IMG/VR virus record: IMGVR_UViG_3300042691_019356
Location: 1 to 64,000 of that record
From: a virus
Strand: one strand, 5' to 3'
Length of the DNA stretch: 64,000 nucleotides
Positions 55,813 through 64,000 of this stretch are shown in pieces. The position numbers were made by a program, and so were the translations under genes. Under the pieces are notes generated by a model. The model was not told where the DNA came from. It saw only the letters and a program-made list of their open reading frames with translations, and did no database searches. Position 1 is the stretch's first letter; each line of letters begins with the position of its first letter.

Positions 55813-57494
55813 CAGAACCTGAGCCTCCAACGGTGTTGGGCGACGGTGCCACCAGTGCTACACCAAGCCTCAATAGCCGTAGCATCTGGAGTTACAGCAA
55901 CCCCGCTGAAATCGGGAACAGTCTGGGCACTTGTGCCAACATCGCCCCCAGCGCTAATATATCCGTCTGTAGTCGAACCCGTTAAGCTGAATGCTGGTGA
56001 CAATGAAAGCCTGAATACTGAGTATGAGTTTGTTCCGACTGCGTAAAGCTTGCGACCATCCGGTGATAAATCAATGCCGTTAATCGCCCCTACACCCATT
56101 GCCTGCGACTGCTCTGATCCTGCGGTATGTAATCGCCCTGCAGTGCTCAGGGTATATCGGTATAAGTTTGAAGAAGCATCAGCTATAAACAGGCTGGTAT
56201 CGCCGTTCGCAAGCATAATCGAGTCGTATCGCAAACGAGATATACCAAGAGCCATCCCCTCAACCGTACTGATGTCCCAAGCCGTACCAAGTGTCGCCTG
56301 GTAGACGCAAAGCCGAGTATCATCCAACCAGTAAAGTTTTGTCCCAGAATCGCCAATATACAAATCGCGAAGGCCATCTGCAGAAAAGAAAGGCCCCTGT
56401 GCAGACTGAAAACTTAAGTTAGTGCTACCGGTGTCCCATGCGCTACCGGTTAGGTTGAACGTTCTGATCGTTCCTGCGGTGTTCCCTGCTGCATACAGCC
56501 TAGTTCCGTCCTTGAAAAAAACAGAATTAGGTGCCGTATCACCGAGACCACTTGATTCTGACGTAAACGTTACACTGGCCAAACTGTAGGCACTGCCAAG
56601 GGCGTAACGCACTATGTTGTCGCCAGTTGGCCCGACAACATATAGATCGTTGCCTGAGTTCCCAAAGTCGAATCCGAGTGGAGTAGCCTCTTGGGTTGAC
56701 ACACTATAGCTAACGTTATCATAAGTGAGTGCTCCCGTTGTAGTTGTGTACGCAGGGCTCACGCTGTATTGGTAGATTGTATCGTTTCCGCTGTTAAGCA
56801 CAAAGAGCTTGGTGCCGTCGGCGTTGAACCTCACTTTTACCGGTGTAGTTGCCTGTGTTGCTACGCTTGCGGATCCCTGAAAGGATGCCGACGATATATC
56901 CCAGGCTGTCGAAAGGTTGTATTGATTTATGTCATCCCCGCTTGTCCCAATCACGAACAGACGAGTCCCATCAGGCTTGAAAGTAAATCCCTGCGGTAGC
57001 GCTTCTTCGCCGCCTACATATAGTTTTTTCACCAGAGGCGTAGCGCTGTCTAGCTCCCACGCCGTTGATAAGTCAAACTCTACAAGTCGCTCATCCACGG
57101 CTGCCGCCGCGTTATATCCACCAGCATATAACTTTGTTCCAGCCGCGTTAAAAGTTACGGTATTGCAGTTTAGCATCCAATCGCCCAGCACAATAGATTT
57201 ACTGGGGTTGGTACGACTAGCCAGGTCGTAAGGGGCGCCGAGATTGAGCTGATGGACCGCTGCCGTCGTCCTGGTGCCACCAAGTACCGTGACGTAAGCG
57301 CGAGTGCCCTGCTTGCCATAAACCACTTGCCGGATCGTGCCAGAGATGCCAGTGATGTTGTTGACGTCATAGGCATAGGCGGTCATCGGTGCGCGACCTT
57401 GAGCACTTGAGGCATATCGCAGCCCGTCATCCATGGAATAGATGCCAGAAGTCCTGGTGAGATCAACCTGCCTACCCATCAATCCGAGTCTCAT
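55812..57494 (-). CDS. repeat (beta-propeller-like) protein, 560 aa
   Basis: About nine copies of a unit of roughly 45 aa, F-x-x-DGTKL(Y/F)-x-G-x5-I-x-Q/R-Y-x-L-S-x-A-(W/Y)-D. Confidence 0.65.
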   Translation of the reverse strand: MRLGLMGRQVDLTRTSGIYSMDDGLRYASSAQGRAPMTAYAYDVNNITGISGTIRQVVYGKQGTRAYVTVLGGTRTTAAVHQLNLGAPYDLASRTNPSKSIVLGDWMLNCNTVTFNAAGTKLYAGGYNAAAAVDERLVEFDLSTAWELDSATPLVKKLYVGGEEALPQGFTFKPDGTRLFVIGTSGDDINQYNLSTAWDISSASFQGSASVATQATTPVKVRFNADGTKLFVLNSGNDTIYQYSVSPAYTTTTGALTYDNVSYSVSTQEATPLGFDFGNSGNDLYVVGPTGDNIVRYALGSAYSLASVTFTSESSGLGDTAPNSVFFKDGTRLYAAGNTAGTIRTFNLTGSAWDTGSTNLSFQSAQGPFFSADGLRDLYIGDSGTKLYWLDDTRLCVYQATLGTAWDISTVEGMALGISRLRYDSIMLANGDTSLFIADASSNLYRYTLSTAGRLHTAGSEQSQAMGVGAINGIDLSPDGRKLYAVGTNSYSVFRLSLSPAFSLTGSTTDGYISAGGDVGTSAQTVPDFSGVAVTPDATAIEAWCSTGGTVAQHRWRLRF

Positions 57495-57856
57495 TAGCCC
57501 ATCCTCTTTTCAGTCCAAGTAATTTCAAGATCACCAGCGGCGCTGGCCTGAGCACGCAAGCTGTAGCCCTCTTTCAGAAAGACTTCGCCGTTGCGGGCAA
57601 GCACAACCTGCGTTGCGTCAGCCGGCACCGTCAACGTCTTGCAGTAGCTGTATCCAGTGGTGCCGTTGAACAGTTCCACGGTAATGTCTGCCGCGTTGAC
57701 GCCATCTACGTTGGCCACCATCAGATTCGTGATGTGGACCACCGTGTTGCTGTTGCTGCTGTTGCTGACGAATGCCGTCATTGACGTGGTGACGGCATAA
57801 CCTTCACTGCCGGCATACACGGGAATGGTGCTGCTGTTGATGTTGGGGTTGGCCAT
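57494..57856 (-). CDS. hypothetical structural protein, 120 aa
   Basis: ATG-started ORF with a TAATG overlap. Confidence 0.55.
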   Translation of the reverse strand: MANPNINSSTIPVYAGSEGYAVTTSMTAFVSNSSNSNTVVHITNLMVANVDGVNAADITVELFNGTTGYSYCKTLTVPADATQVVLARNGEVFLKEGYSLRAQASAAGDLEITWTEKRMG

Positions 57857-57857
57857 G

Positions 57858-58223
57858 TTAAAACACTAAAGAGGCAGCAAGGCTGCTCATGCCAGCGCTA
57901 CCGCCCGTTGCAGTTATCGTGGTGCCGCTAATGCTTAGCCCACTACCTACTTCCAGATATGTCAACTTGCCAGCGCTATCATCCCAGAACGCCAGTCGAT
58001 CGGCGCCAGGATCATCTGCACTGATCTCACCGGCAATAGCTGACAGCACATCAGCGGCGCTGGCGGCAATCGTGACACTGCCCGTACCACCAGCCGGCGG
58101 GTCGTCCCACACGGCAGGCGCCCCAGGCCCCGCTGAGTATGGGATCTGCCCAGGAATGCCGGCACTACCACCAAGCAGCAGGGCACCCTTCAGGTCAACG
58201 TCGGCGTGGAACTCTTTTGCCAT
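57858..58223 (-). CDS. Gly/Ala-rich fibre-like protein, 121 aa
   Basis: ATG-started ORF with a TGATG overlap. Confidence 0.55.
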   Translation of the reverse strand: MAKEFHADVDLKGALLLGGSAGIPGQIPYSAGPGAPAVWDDPPAGGTGSVTIAASAADVLSAIAGEISADDPGADRLAFWDDSAGKLTYLEVGSGLSISGTTITATGGSAGMSSLAASLVF

Positions 58224-59014
58224 CAGCCAGTCACCACAGCAGTAAACTGGTTGGAAGTCGGCGCCAAAGTGAACAGCAGCGTCAGCGCTGACGTGCTGGT
58301 ATGACGCACCTCGGCTTCAATCTGGTCGTAATTTCCCGAGTTCCTGTAGATCGCCACCTGTAGCGCCCGAGTGCCAAGGTTGTGCGTCAGCGTGAAACTG
58401 GTAGCCGAGCCGTCGCCAATATCACTTGTATAGCGCTTCGTCTTGCCACTCCAAGTCGTTAGCTTCAGCGGCGTGATAGCCCGCTGATCGTCCGTACCAA
58501 CATCAGTTTCGGCTTGCGTGGCGATTTCGATTCGGCCGGCGGTCGTCTCGCTTGCCAGCGGGATCACAGCAGCAAACGCAGTCCATACAACATTGCTGCT
58601 GTCAATCGTTCCGTTTACCTGTGTCTGCCGCCATTGCGTGCCACCATCCGTACCTTCTTCGACGGTGACAACCGCAGCTTCCAGTTCGGCAAACGTCGAA
58701 GCATCCAGTGCCCGCGTCATTGGCGTCGCGGCCCCGGTCCACACGTAAATCCCGTTCCCTGGCTCGCTGGTCTGCAGTCGCACCAGCACCCGATCGCCAC
58801 TGCTCATGCTGATGCCGTCGATCGTGGCGCCAGGAGCAGACAGGTTGATGTTTCCCTGCGTGCTGACACGTACGGAATCCTTCCAGGCCAGTCCCTCGAC
58901 AAACGTCCGAACCTGCGCAAGGGTTGCGGGCTCCTGCGGATCAGTGGCATCCGGCAGGTTCAGAATCCTGCTAGCGCTCAGCAGGTCAAGATCGACGTAA
59001 ATGGGACGAGCCAT
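58223..59014 (-). CDS. fibre-like protein, 263 aa
   Basis: The N-terminus ILNLPDATDPQEPATLAQVRTFV and ASETTAGRIEIATQAETDVGTDD are typical of phage fibre proteins. The C-terminal domain is shared with 59017..59325. Confidence 0.6.
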   Translation of the reverse strand: MARPIYVDLDLLSASRILNLPDATDPQEPATLAQVRTFVEGLAWKDSVRVSTQGNINLSAPGATIDGISMSSGDRVLVRLQTSEPGNGIYVWTGAATPMTRALDASTFAELEAAVVTVEEGTDGGTQWRQTQVNGTIDSSNVVWTAFAAVIPLASETTAGRIEIATQAETDVGTDDQRAITPLKLTTWSGKTKRYTSDIGDGSATSFTLTHNLGTRALQVAIYRNSGNYDQIEAEVRHTSTSALTLLFTLAPTSNQFTAVVTG

Positions 59015-59016
59015 GA

Positions 59017-59325
59017 TCAGGTAAGCCTTGCGAGGCCAGCGACGGGAATGTTGAAGTTGACAACGGTGACGTTATCGGAAAGGTGAAAGACGTCACCATC
59101 AATTTCCTGGCTTGCTGTATTCAGAAGCTCAACACTTGGCTTGAGACCAAGATTGTGGGAAATTGTCCACGTTGTAGATGGAGATGTCTGTGTGTGGATG
59201 TAGGTTGGAGCTGATGGGCCTGGGGGACCAGGGACGAGGATTTTCACAATTCTAACGCCGCCGTCCTCGACAACATTGATAATCGGACGGATTGCCCCAG
59301 ATACGCTGATTGATGGCTCGGTCAT
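59017..59325 (-). CDS. small fibre/Ig-like domain protein, 102 aa
   Basis: GPPGPSAP, then WTISHNLG, similar to FTLTHNLG in the 263-aa protein. Confidence 0.55.
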   Translation of the reverse strand: MTEPSISVSGAIRPIINVVEDGGVRIVKILVPGPPGPSAPTYIHTQTSPSTTWTISHNLGLKPSVELLNTASQEIDGDVFHLSDNVTVVNFNIPVAGLARLT

Positions 59326-59669
59326 GGCAGTGCCTCTGTTGAGCGCTCGTCAAGAGGAGCGGGACCACGCAAGTAATGATCCCTGGTGCCATCCGAATTG
59401 ATGATAAGCAAATCCCAGGCAGCATCTTTTGTAACTGTCTTCGTTACAGTCCACGGGGCCTCAAGCCTTACCTTCAGGGTCGGCGTAAGCTGTGTCACAA
59501 CAACCGTCAACTGAAATAAAAGCTCCCTTGGCTCGCAGCCACTAGACCAAACTTGGGCAACAACCGTTTTGCCGCTGCCGGAAAACGGAAATTCAAACTC
59601 TTCCCGCAACGTCGCCTTTTGCGGAATAACCAACGCATAAGTAGCTGGAATTACGGTTGCCGAGGTCAT
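59322..59669 (-). CDS. hypothetical structural protein, 115 aa
   Basis: ATG-started ORF and first gene after the capsid-gene terminator. Confidence 0.55.
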   Translation of the reverse strand: MTSATVIPATYALVIPQKATLREEFEFPFSGSGKTVVAQVWSSGCEPRELLFQLTVVVTQLTPTLKVRLEAPWTVTKTVTKDAAWDLLIINSDGTRDHYLRGPAPLDERSTEALP

Positions 59670-59716
59670 GGCTCATGCTGTTGTGCGGCGGAAAGCCGCC
59701 AAACCAATGCTAGCCA

Positions 59717-59745
59717 TGAAAAAGCCCCCCATTGCAGGAGGGCTT
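59717..59745 (-). terminator. Rho-independent terminator after the capsid gene
   Basis: Minus strand reads AGCCCTCC-TGCAAT-GGGGGGCT followed by TTTTT. Confidence 0.7.
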
Positions 59746-59769
59746 AATCACTCGATCAACTAGAAGTGA

Positions 59770-60753
59770 TCAGACGTAGCAACGAAGGCGGGTGATGCGG
59801 ATGTTGCGGTTGTCGGTGAACACTTTCTGCCAGTTGGAACCGGTAGAAAGTTCAGCGTTGGTAGGGGCGTTACCGGCAGCGTTACCGACCCAGCTAATCC
59901 CGTTCGGGTGAATCATGTAGTGGGTGCGGTTGATCAGGTAGTCGATACCCATCAGCTTGTCCCGATCGGTTTCGAGCGGGTTCTTGGCGGGAGCATTTGC
60001 ATAGGCAAAAGCGCCAGGGCCGAAGAAGTAGGTGTGATGGACATCGGCACCACCGGTACCAGCACCAGCGTCATACGGAAGTGTGTTGTCAACGAACACT
60101 GGGCGACCGAGATAGGTGCCAAGTTCCAGGCGCTGCGCGGACAGGCGGCTGTCGAGCTGCGATGTGGTAGACGCCGGAATGATGAGGTCCATCTTCATCA
60201 GCGCGTAGTAAACCTCACTACGCATCATGATGCCGGTCAGCTCCTGGCCCGCGTCGCCCAGCTTGGCGATACCATCAACCATCGCGCTTTGCGAAAGCTG
60301 AGTAGAGGTGCCGCCAACAGCGTGACTACTGGCCAGAGGGCCGCCGGTATTGAACAGACCCTGCATGATGTTGATCGCAGTCTTCTGCATGTCACGCACC
60401 CAGTATTGACCGGTGCGACGAGCAGTGGCCTGCATCGGGTCAGCACCAGAAAGCTCACCAGCGAGATCGCTGGCCTTCCAGGCGCGGCCACGCATGTTGC
60501 GAACACCGGTCTGCACGTCACCGGTCAGGGTGGCGGGGCTCAGGCCAGATGTATCGCTCAGGATCTCCGAATCACCCGAGAGATCACCGAAGAAAGGAAG
60601 GTCGATCGTCTTGCCGCCTTTGGCAAACTCAGCCTGGATAGCAGAGTTCGTCACCATGAGGCCGGAGGAAACCAGGGCATTGCGATCCTGGATTTCTTCC
60701 TGTTGGTACTCAAGAAAGAGAGTGGGGATAAAAGGAACGCCTGCGAGCAGCAT
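59770..60753 (-). CDS. major capsid protein (HK97-fold type), 327 aa
   Basis: The AAGGA RBS, the size, the position after the scaffold and the motif KTIDLPFFGDLSGDSE...RAWKASDLAGELSGADPM fit a capsid protein. The gene is flanked by terminators. Confidence 0.75.
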   Translation of the reverse strand: MLLAGVPFIPTLFLEYQQEEIQDRNALVSSGLMVTNSAIQAEFAKGGKTIDLPFFGDLSGDSEILSDTSGLSPATLTGDVQTGVRNMRGRAWKASDLAGELSGADPMQATARRTGQYWVRDMQKTAINIMQGLFNTGGPLASSHAVGGTSTQLSQSAMVDGIAKLGDAGQELTGIMMRSEVYYALMKMDLIIPASTTSQLDSRLSAQRLELGTYLGRPVFVDNTLPYDAGAGTGGADVHHTYFFGPGAFAYANAPAKNPLETDRDKLMGIDYLINRTHYMIHPNGISWVGNAAGNAPTNAELSTGSNWQKVFTDNRNIRITRLRCYV

Positions 60754-60891
60754 TGTCCTTAATGCGAGTGTACGAGGGGTTGCGGTACGACCGCTAGACG
60801 GTTCAGCTTCACAGCACTGCTGCTGGACCGCCTAGCGATCCTGCTGCGAGGCACGGCCTCATTGCCTAGATGATAGCCACTGGCTACGGAG

Positions 60892-60923
60892 AAACAAACA
60901 AAAGCCGGGGTGTTATCCCCGGC
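60892..60923 (-). terminator. Rho-independent terminator upstream of the capsid gene
   Basis: Minus strand reads GCCGGGG-ATAACA-CCCCGGC followed by TTTTGTTTGTTT. Confidence 0.7.
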
Positions 60924-60944
60924 GTACATTGCAAGATCGTGTGA

Positions 60945-61220
60945 TCAGTTCAGGGTATAGCCCTTACCAGTCAGCACAGCCTTTTCGCCAGCATCGAGAG
61001 CAGCCCAACCAGCACAGCCACTGGCGGTAATGGTTTTGGTACCAGTGACGGTAGGAGCCTGGGCAAACAGCGAATTCAGTTGAGCTTCGGTGAAAGCATC
61101 GGGAAGCACGAAAGTCCAGTTCTTCACGGAATCCGTAGCAATACGAATTGCAGTCAGAACTTCGTCAACTTCGGTCGTGATCTGACGAGCGATGACATTG
61201 CGATCAGTTTTGAGGGCCAT
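60945..61220 (-). CDS. hypothetical head-module protein, 91 aa
   Basis: ATG-started ORF. Confidence 0.55.
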   Translation of the reverse strand: MALKTDRNVIARQITTEVDEVLTAIRIATDSVKNWTFVLPDAFTEAQLNSLFAQAPTVTGTKTITASGCAGWAALDAGEKAVLTGKGYTLN

Positions 61221-61488
61221 GGCTGGAATGGAACGTTCCGTCTTCCATGTTAGCGACAGTCTCCGGTTGGACTATCTCCAGTAGGCTATATCGTCTTTGA
61301 ACAAGCTCTTTCTTCAATTCTTCAATTTGCTTTTCGCTTGGCATGTAGGAAACATCGACCGTTGCAACTTCTCCCGCAACAAAGTTAATTGAAAACGATG
61401 TTACGGTTTCGTAGTTTTCAACTCCAAGCGCCCTCAAAATATCCAATACCAGCGGGTTCTGGGAACTCACTGCACGAAATTGCTCCAT
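61204..61488 (-). CDS. hypothetical protein, 94 aa
   Basis: ATG 61488. A GTG at 61494 is an alternative start. Confidence 0.5.
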   Translation of the reverse strand: MEQFRAVSSQNPLVLDILRALGVENYETVTSFSINFVAGEVATVDVSYMPSEKQIEELKKELVQRRYSLLEIVQPETVANMEDGTFHSSHGPQN

Positions 61489-61490
61489 TG

Positions 61491-61772
61491 TCACTTTGCT
61501 ACAGGACGCTTGGTGGATTGTGTGCGAGCCCTGGTAGCGGGCTTTGGGGCATCCACTACAAGTTCACGCGATTGCACGGATCGGCTAATCTCCGGGTTTT
61601 CGGTCCAGTAGCCACGCTCGTAGCCAATGCGAGCCGCAGGCCCGAGGCCCATGATTGCCAGCGCAGCCGTCCATCTGGATTCACTCCAGCCACCAGTACC
61701 CGCATAGATCATGCCAATGACCATCGGCAGAAACATCGAGATGTCAATCTGCCCACGAAACAGTTTTCCCAT
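61491..61772 (-). CDS. two-TM membrane protein, 93 aa (holin-like topology)
   Basis: ATG 61772. Hydrophobic segments are ISMFLPMVIGMIYAG and WTAALAIMGLGPAA. The C-terminus is charged. Confidence 0.5.
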   Translation of the reverse strand: MGKLFRGQIDISMFLPMVIGMIYAGTGGWSESRWTAALAIMGLGPAARIGYERGYWTENPEISRSVQSRELVVDAPKPATRARTQSTKRPVAK

Positions 61773-61778
61773 TGTCAA

Positions 61779-62108
61779 TCAGCAGATAGAGCTTGAAATC
61801 AGGGTAGCCACAACAATCCATTTTACCTTATCAGCCCAATAGGCAGCCGACAGCTTTCCTTTTTTAATGTTTTTGGCATGGCGAGCTTTGAAAGATCGCT
61901 GCCTGGCTTTTTCACTTGCGGAACTTGGATTGCTGCCAGCGCCCTGCACACCCTGCTGGCCAAAACGAATTAGCTTATAGGTATCGCCTTCTTTTGCCAT
62001 CACGACATGAGATTTTTTGTCGTGACTTGGAGTCCGCTTAGGCTTGTTGACACCAGAAAGGCCAAGCCTCTTCATGGTGCTTTTGACCCGCTCAGGTGTT
62101 GCCGCCAT
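61779..62108 (-). CDS. small basic protein, 109 aa
   Basis: ATG-started, Lys/Arg-rich ORF. Confidence 0.55.
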   Translation of the reverse strand: MAATPERVKSTMKRLGLSGVNKPKRTPSHDKKSHVVMAKEGDTYKLIRFGQQGVQGAGSNPSSASEKARQRSFKARHAKNIKKGKLSAAYWADKVKWIVVATLISSSIC

Positions 62109-62155
62109 CTCTGATCATCCACAAATAGCTTCAGTTGTAATTTTAGCCATTGCCG

Positions 62156-62419
62156 CTAGGAGCGCTTCTTCCTTTTGTGTTGATAGCCAATTCTCTTTGA
62201 GCTTGTCTTCTCTCTCTTGAACTTATCTTTTTCTTTCTTGGAAAGCTCGCCTGAAGTCTTTGGTGTTTCGGAGGATACCCGCTTTGATGGTCGGCAGGCC
62301 GGATACCCTTTACGCTTTTCACCCTCCTGTCTGCCACAGGGCTTGCCAGTCTTGACGTCAATCCACTTTTCAGCAAACCAACGGCCCAAGCCGCCCCTTG
62401 GCTTTTTACTTTTTGCCAC
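62156..62419 (-). CDS. small basic protein, 87 aa
   Basis: GTG start. Lys-rich (MAKSKKPRGGLGRWF...KRKKRS). Confidence 0.5.
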   Translation of the reverse strand: MAKSKKPRGGLGRWFAEKWIDVKTGKPCGRQEGEKRKGYPACRPSKRVSSETPKTSGELSKKEKDKFKREKTSSKRIGYQHKRKKRS

Positions 62420-62576
62420 TCTTTACCTCCTGGGTTTTATAGCCACCGCCACGCCTCTTGTACTCACGAACAAGCCATCCATTTGCATAGGCACTTGGAT
62501 AAACCTTGAACTTTCTTTTTGCCTCGGCCTTAACCCTTGCGTAAAGAGCTTTGTCGGTTGGAATGTTCTTTTTCAT
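62406..62576 (-). CDS. small basic protein, 56 aa (below track cutoff)
   Basis: Hand translation gives MKKNIPTDKALYARVKAEAKRKFKVYPSAYANGWLVREYKRRGGGYKTQEVKSGKK. It has an ATGA overlap with the upstream gene. Confidence 0.5.
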   Translation of the reverse strand: MKKNIPTDKALYARVKAEAKRKFKVYPSAYANGWLVREYKRRGGGYKTQEVKSGKK

Positions 62577-62728
62577 TTTCCGCCCTTTTTGGTTTTTGGC
62601 TTTTTCTTGCTCTTGCTGGCTTTGGAATAAGCAATGGCAATCGCTTGCTTTTGCGGATAGCCTTCATCCATCAGCTTCTTCACGTTGGAAGACATTGCCT
62701 TGCTGGATTTACCAGATTTCAGTGGCAT
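62573..62728 (-). CDS. small basic protein, 51 aa
   Basis: ATG 62728 (MPLKSGKSSKAMSSNVKKLMDEGYPQKQAIAIAYSKA...). Confidence 0.5.
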   Translation of the reverse strand: MPLKSGKSSKAMSSNVKKLMDEGYPQKQAIAIAYSKASKSKKKPKTKKGGK

Positions 62729-62759
62729 AGTATTTCGGCGGTTGGCCCAGTCTAGGCAC

Positions 62760-62785
62760 AAAAAAAAGACCCCCTCGCGGAGGTC
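62760..62785 (-). terminator. Rho-independent terminator after the scaffold gene
   Basis: Minus strand reads GACCTCC-GCGA-GGGGGTC followed by T8. Confidence 0.75.
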
Positions 62786-62809
62786 TCATAGCCCAAGTCC
62801 CTTCCGATC

Positions 62810-63658
62810 TTAGGACGCCGAGAGCGCACGGCCAATGATCGGATCGAGCTTGCCGGCCAGCCTTGCATCTTGCATCAGACGACGACCCTTGCTCGGATCT
62901 TCGGTCATGATCCTTGCCGCTTCGGTTGCGTTTGCAGATCCAACGGCGAAAGGATTGTTGGACATCGGAACGGAAGTGCGAGAGGCGGGCAGGCCAGAAC
63001 CACTCGCGCCAGATCCTCGGAAGTAAATTGAATACTCCTCATCTTCACGAAGCTTCGTTGCAGCATCACGAAGAGTAACCGGATCATCCTCGGAGCCAAA
63101 AACAGCGGTTTCATCATCATCGAGGAGATGAAACTTATCTTGCAGCAGCTTGTAGACATGGCTCGGCCGCTGGCAATCGGCCCTTTCGAGTTCCTGAACA
63201 ACCTTGGATTGCAGAATGCTTTGGCGACGCAGTTGCTTTTCGCGTTGCGCCATCTGATCTTTCTGCACATTCTCCTCGGTCAGGCGGTTGATCTGGTTCT
63301 GCAGGGCCGACAGCTGCGCCCGCAGGGCCGAGTCCACCGCCTCGCTGGGAGTTTCCCCGCTGGACTGGCCAGAGGGCTGCTGCTGGGTCTCCTGGGTGCC
63401 AGTGGCGGTGGTGCCGGTGCGAACAGCGGTGACAGCCTGGATCACCTGATCTTCAAAGTTCTCGGCATTCAAGTCAATACCAGCAGCCTTGATCAGTGAT
63501 TCAACGGTTTTCTTTTTCCGTAGATCAGCAAGCAGGCCGGACTTGGTGCCCTCAAGACTCTTGATCTTGATGGCCTGTTCGTCCAGCTTGCGTTGCAGCT
63601 CCTCGATGGTCAGGTTGCTGGAGTCGTTGGTGGTGGGGTCTTGGGATTCGGGAGGCAC
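62810..63658 (-). CDS. capsid scaffolding protein, 282 aa
   Basis: GTG start. It is coiled-coil and acidic, and lies upstream of the capsid gene. Confidence 0.55.
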   Translation of the reverse strand: MPPESQDPTTNDSSNLTIEELQRKLDEQAIKIKSLEGTKSGLLADLRKKKTVESLIKAAGIDLNAENFEDQVIQAVTAVRTGTTATGTQETQQQPSGQSSGETPSEAVDSALRAQLSALQNQINRLTEENVQKDQMAQREKQLRRQSILQSKVVQELERADCQRPSHVYKLLQDKFHLLDDDETAVFGSEDDPVTLRDAATKLREDEEYSIYFRGSGASGSGLPASRTSVPMSNNPFAVGSANATEAARIMTEDPSKGRRLMQDARLAGKLDPIIGRALSAS

Positions 63659-63704
63659 GAACAGTTTGCGTTGTGACTATTGGAAGTGTAGCACCGAACG
63701 GGGA

Positions 63705-64000
63705 TCAGGATTCCCTGCTTTCGACGCTCGCTTCCATGCTCTCGCCCTCCAGCGCTCTGCCAGTAGCTTCCTCCATAGTGTTCTGCATGTTGTTTGTTGC
63801 AGGGGGCTCCGGGGCAAGCTGTTCCTTGTTGGGGCCGATTCCGAGATCCTTTGCGGTCTCGCTTCCCTCCAGGCCCATCTTTTCAAGCAGTGTCTTAACG
63901 CTGAAGTTCGGCAAGCCTTCAAACAGCTCACCAGCATCGAGCATTTCAAGAAATGTGCCAATGGGAATAGCATTGGAATCCTTGAACAAGCTGCTGTATG
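63705..64000 (-). CDS. partial CDS (C-terminal part; the 5' end is beyond the window)
   Basis: The frame stays open to the window edge. The track start at 63989 is only a TTG. Confidence 0.5.
   Translation of the reverse strand, partial: YSSLFKDSNAIPIGTFLEMLDAGELFEGLPNFSVKTLLEKMGLEGSETAKDLGIGPNKEQLAPEPPATNNMQNTMEEATGRALEGESMEASVESRES

Noticed and set aside
59908-60762. 284-aa plus-strand ORF.
   Set aside because: It is antisense to the major capsid gene.

Overview
The whole 64 kb window is tailed dsDNA phage DNA with a siphovirus-type architecture. I saw no bacterial housekeeping genes, integrase, rRNA or CRISPR array. About 95% of the genes are on the minus strand. Reading in the direction of transcription (high to low coordinates), the modules are as follows. 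(1) 64.0-51.1 kb is the head and neck module: a partial gene at the window edge, scaffold, small basic proteins, HK97-like major capsid protein, an unusual fibre and beta-propeller block, connector proteins, major tail protein, and a tail chaperone with an A_AAA_AAG -1 frameshift. (2) 50.9-33.0 kb is the tail module: a 2568-aa tape measure carrying SLT and cysteine-peptidase domains, a 1659-aa J-like protein and LamG-domain fibre proteins. (3) 32.2-33.0 kb holds a candidate cysteine-peptidase lysin. (4) 29.98-32.2 kb is a plus-strand operon with dCTP deaminase and a sigma-70 family factor. (5) 29.7-20.3 kb is the replication, recombination and nucleotide module: RHH regulator, initiator with an embedded ori-like repeat cluster, DnaB, ERF, PD-(D/E)XK exonuclease, SSB, dNMP kinase, RusA, a cyAbrB-like regulator and MazG. 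(6) 19.9-13.2 kb holds ThyX and a long chain of translationally coupled small genes, including a Gly/Tyr-rich repeat ORF. (7) A tRNA-Met(CAU) lies at 12.4 kb. (8) 11.5-0 kb is an array of roughly 35 small genes of unknown function, driven by repeated promoter/5'-UTR cassettes. The cyAbrB-like regulator and the cyanobacterial-type sigma factor suggest a cyanobacterial host; this is inference only. All functional calls rest on motifs read by eye from the translated ORFs and on gene order. No database search was possible. The ORF track uses alternative start codons, so many starts were re-assigned.
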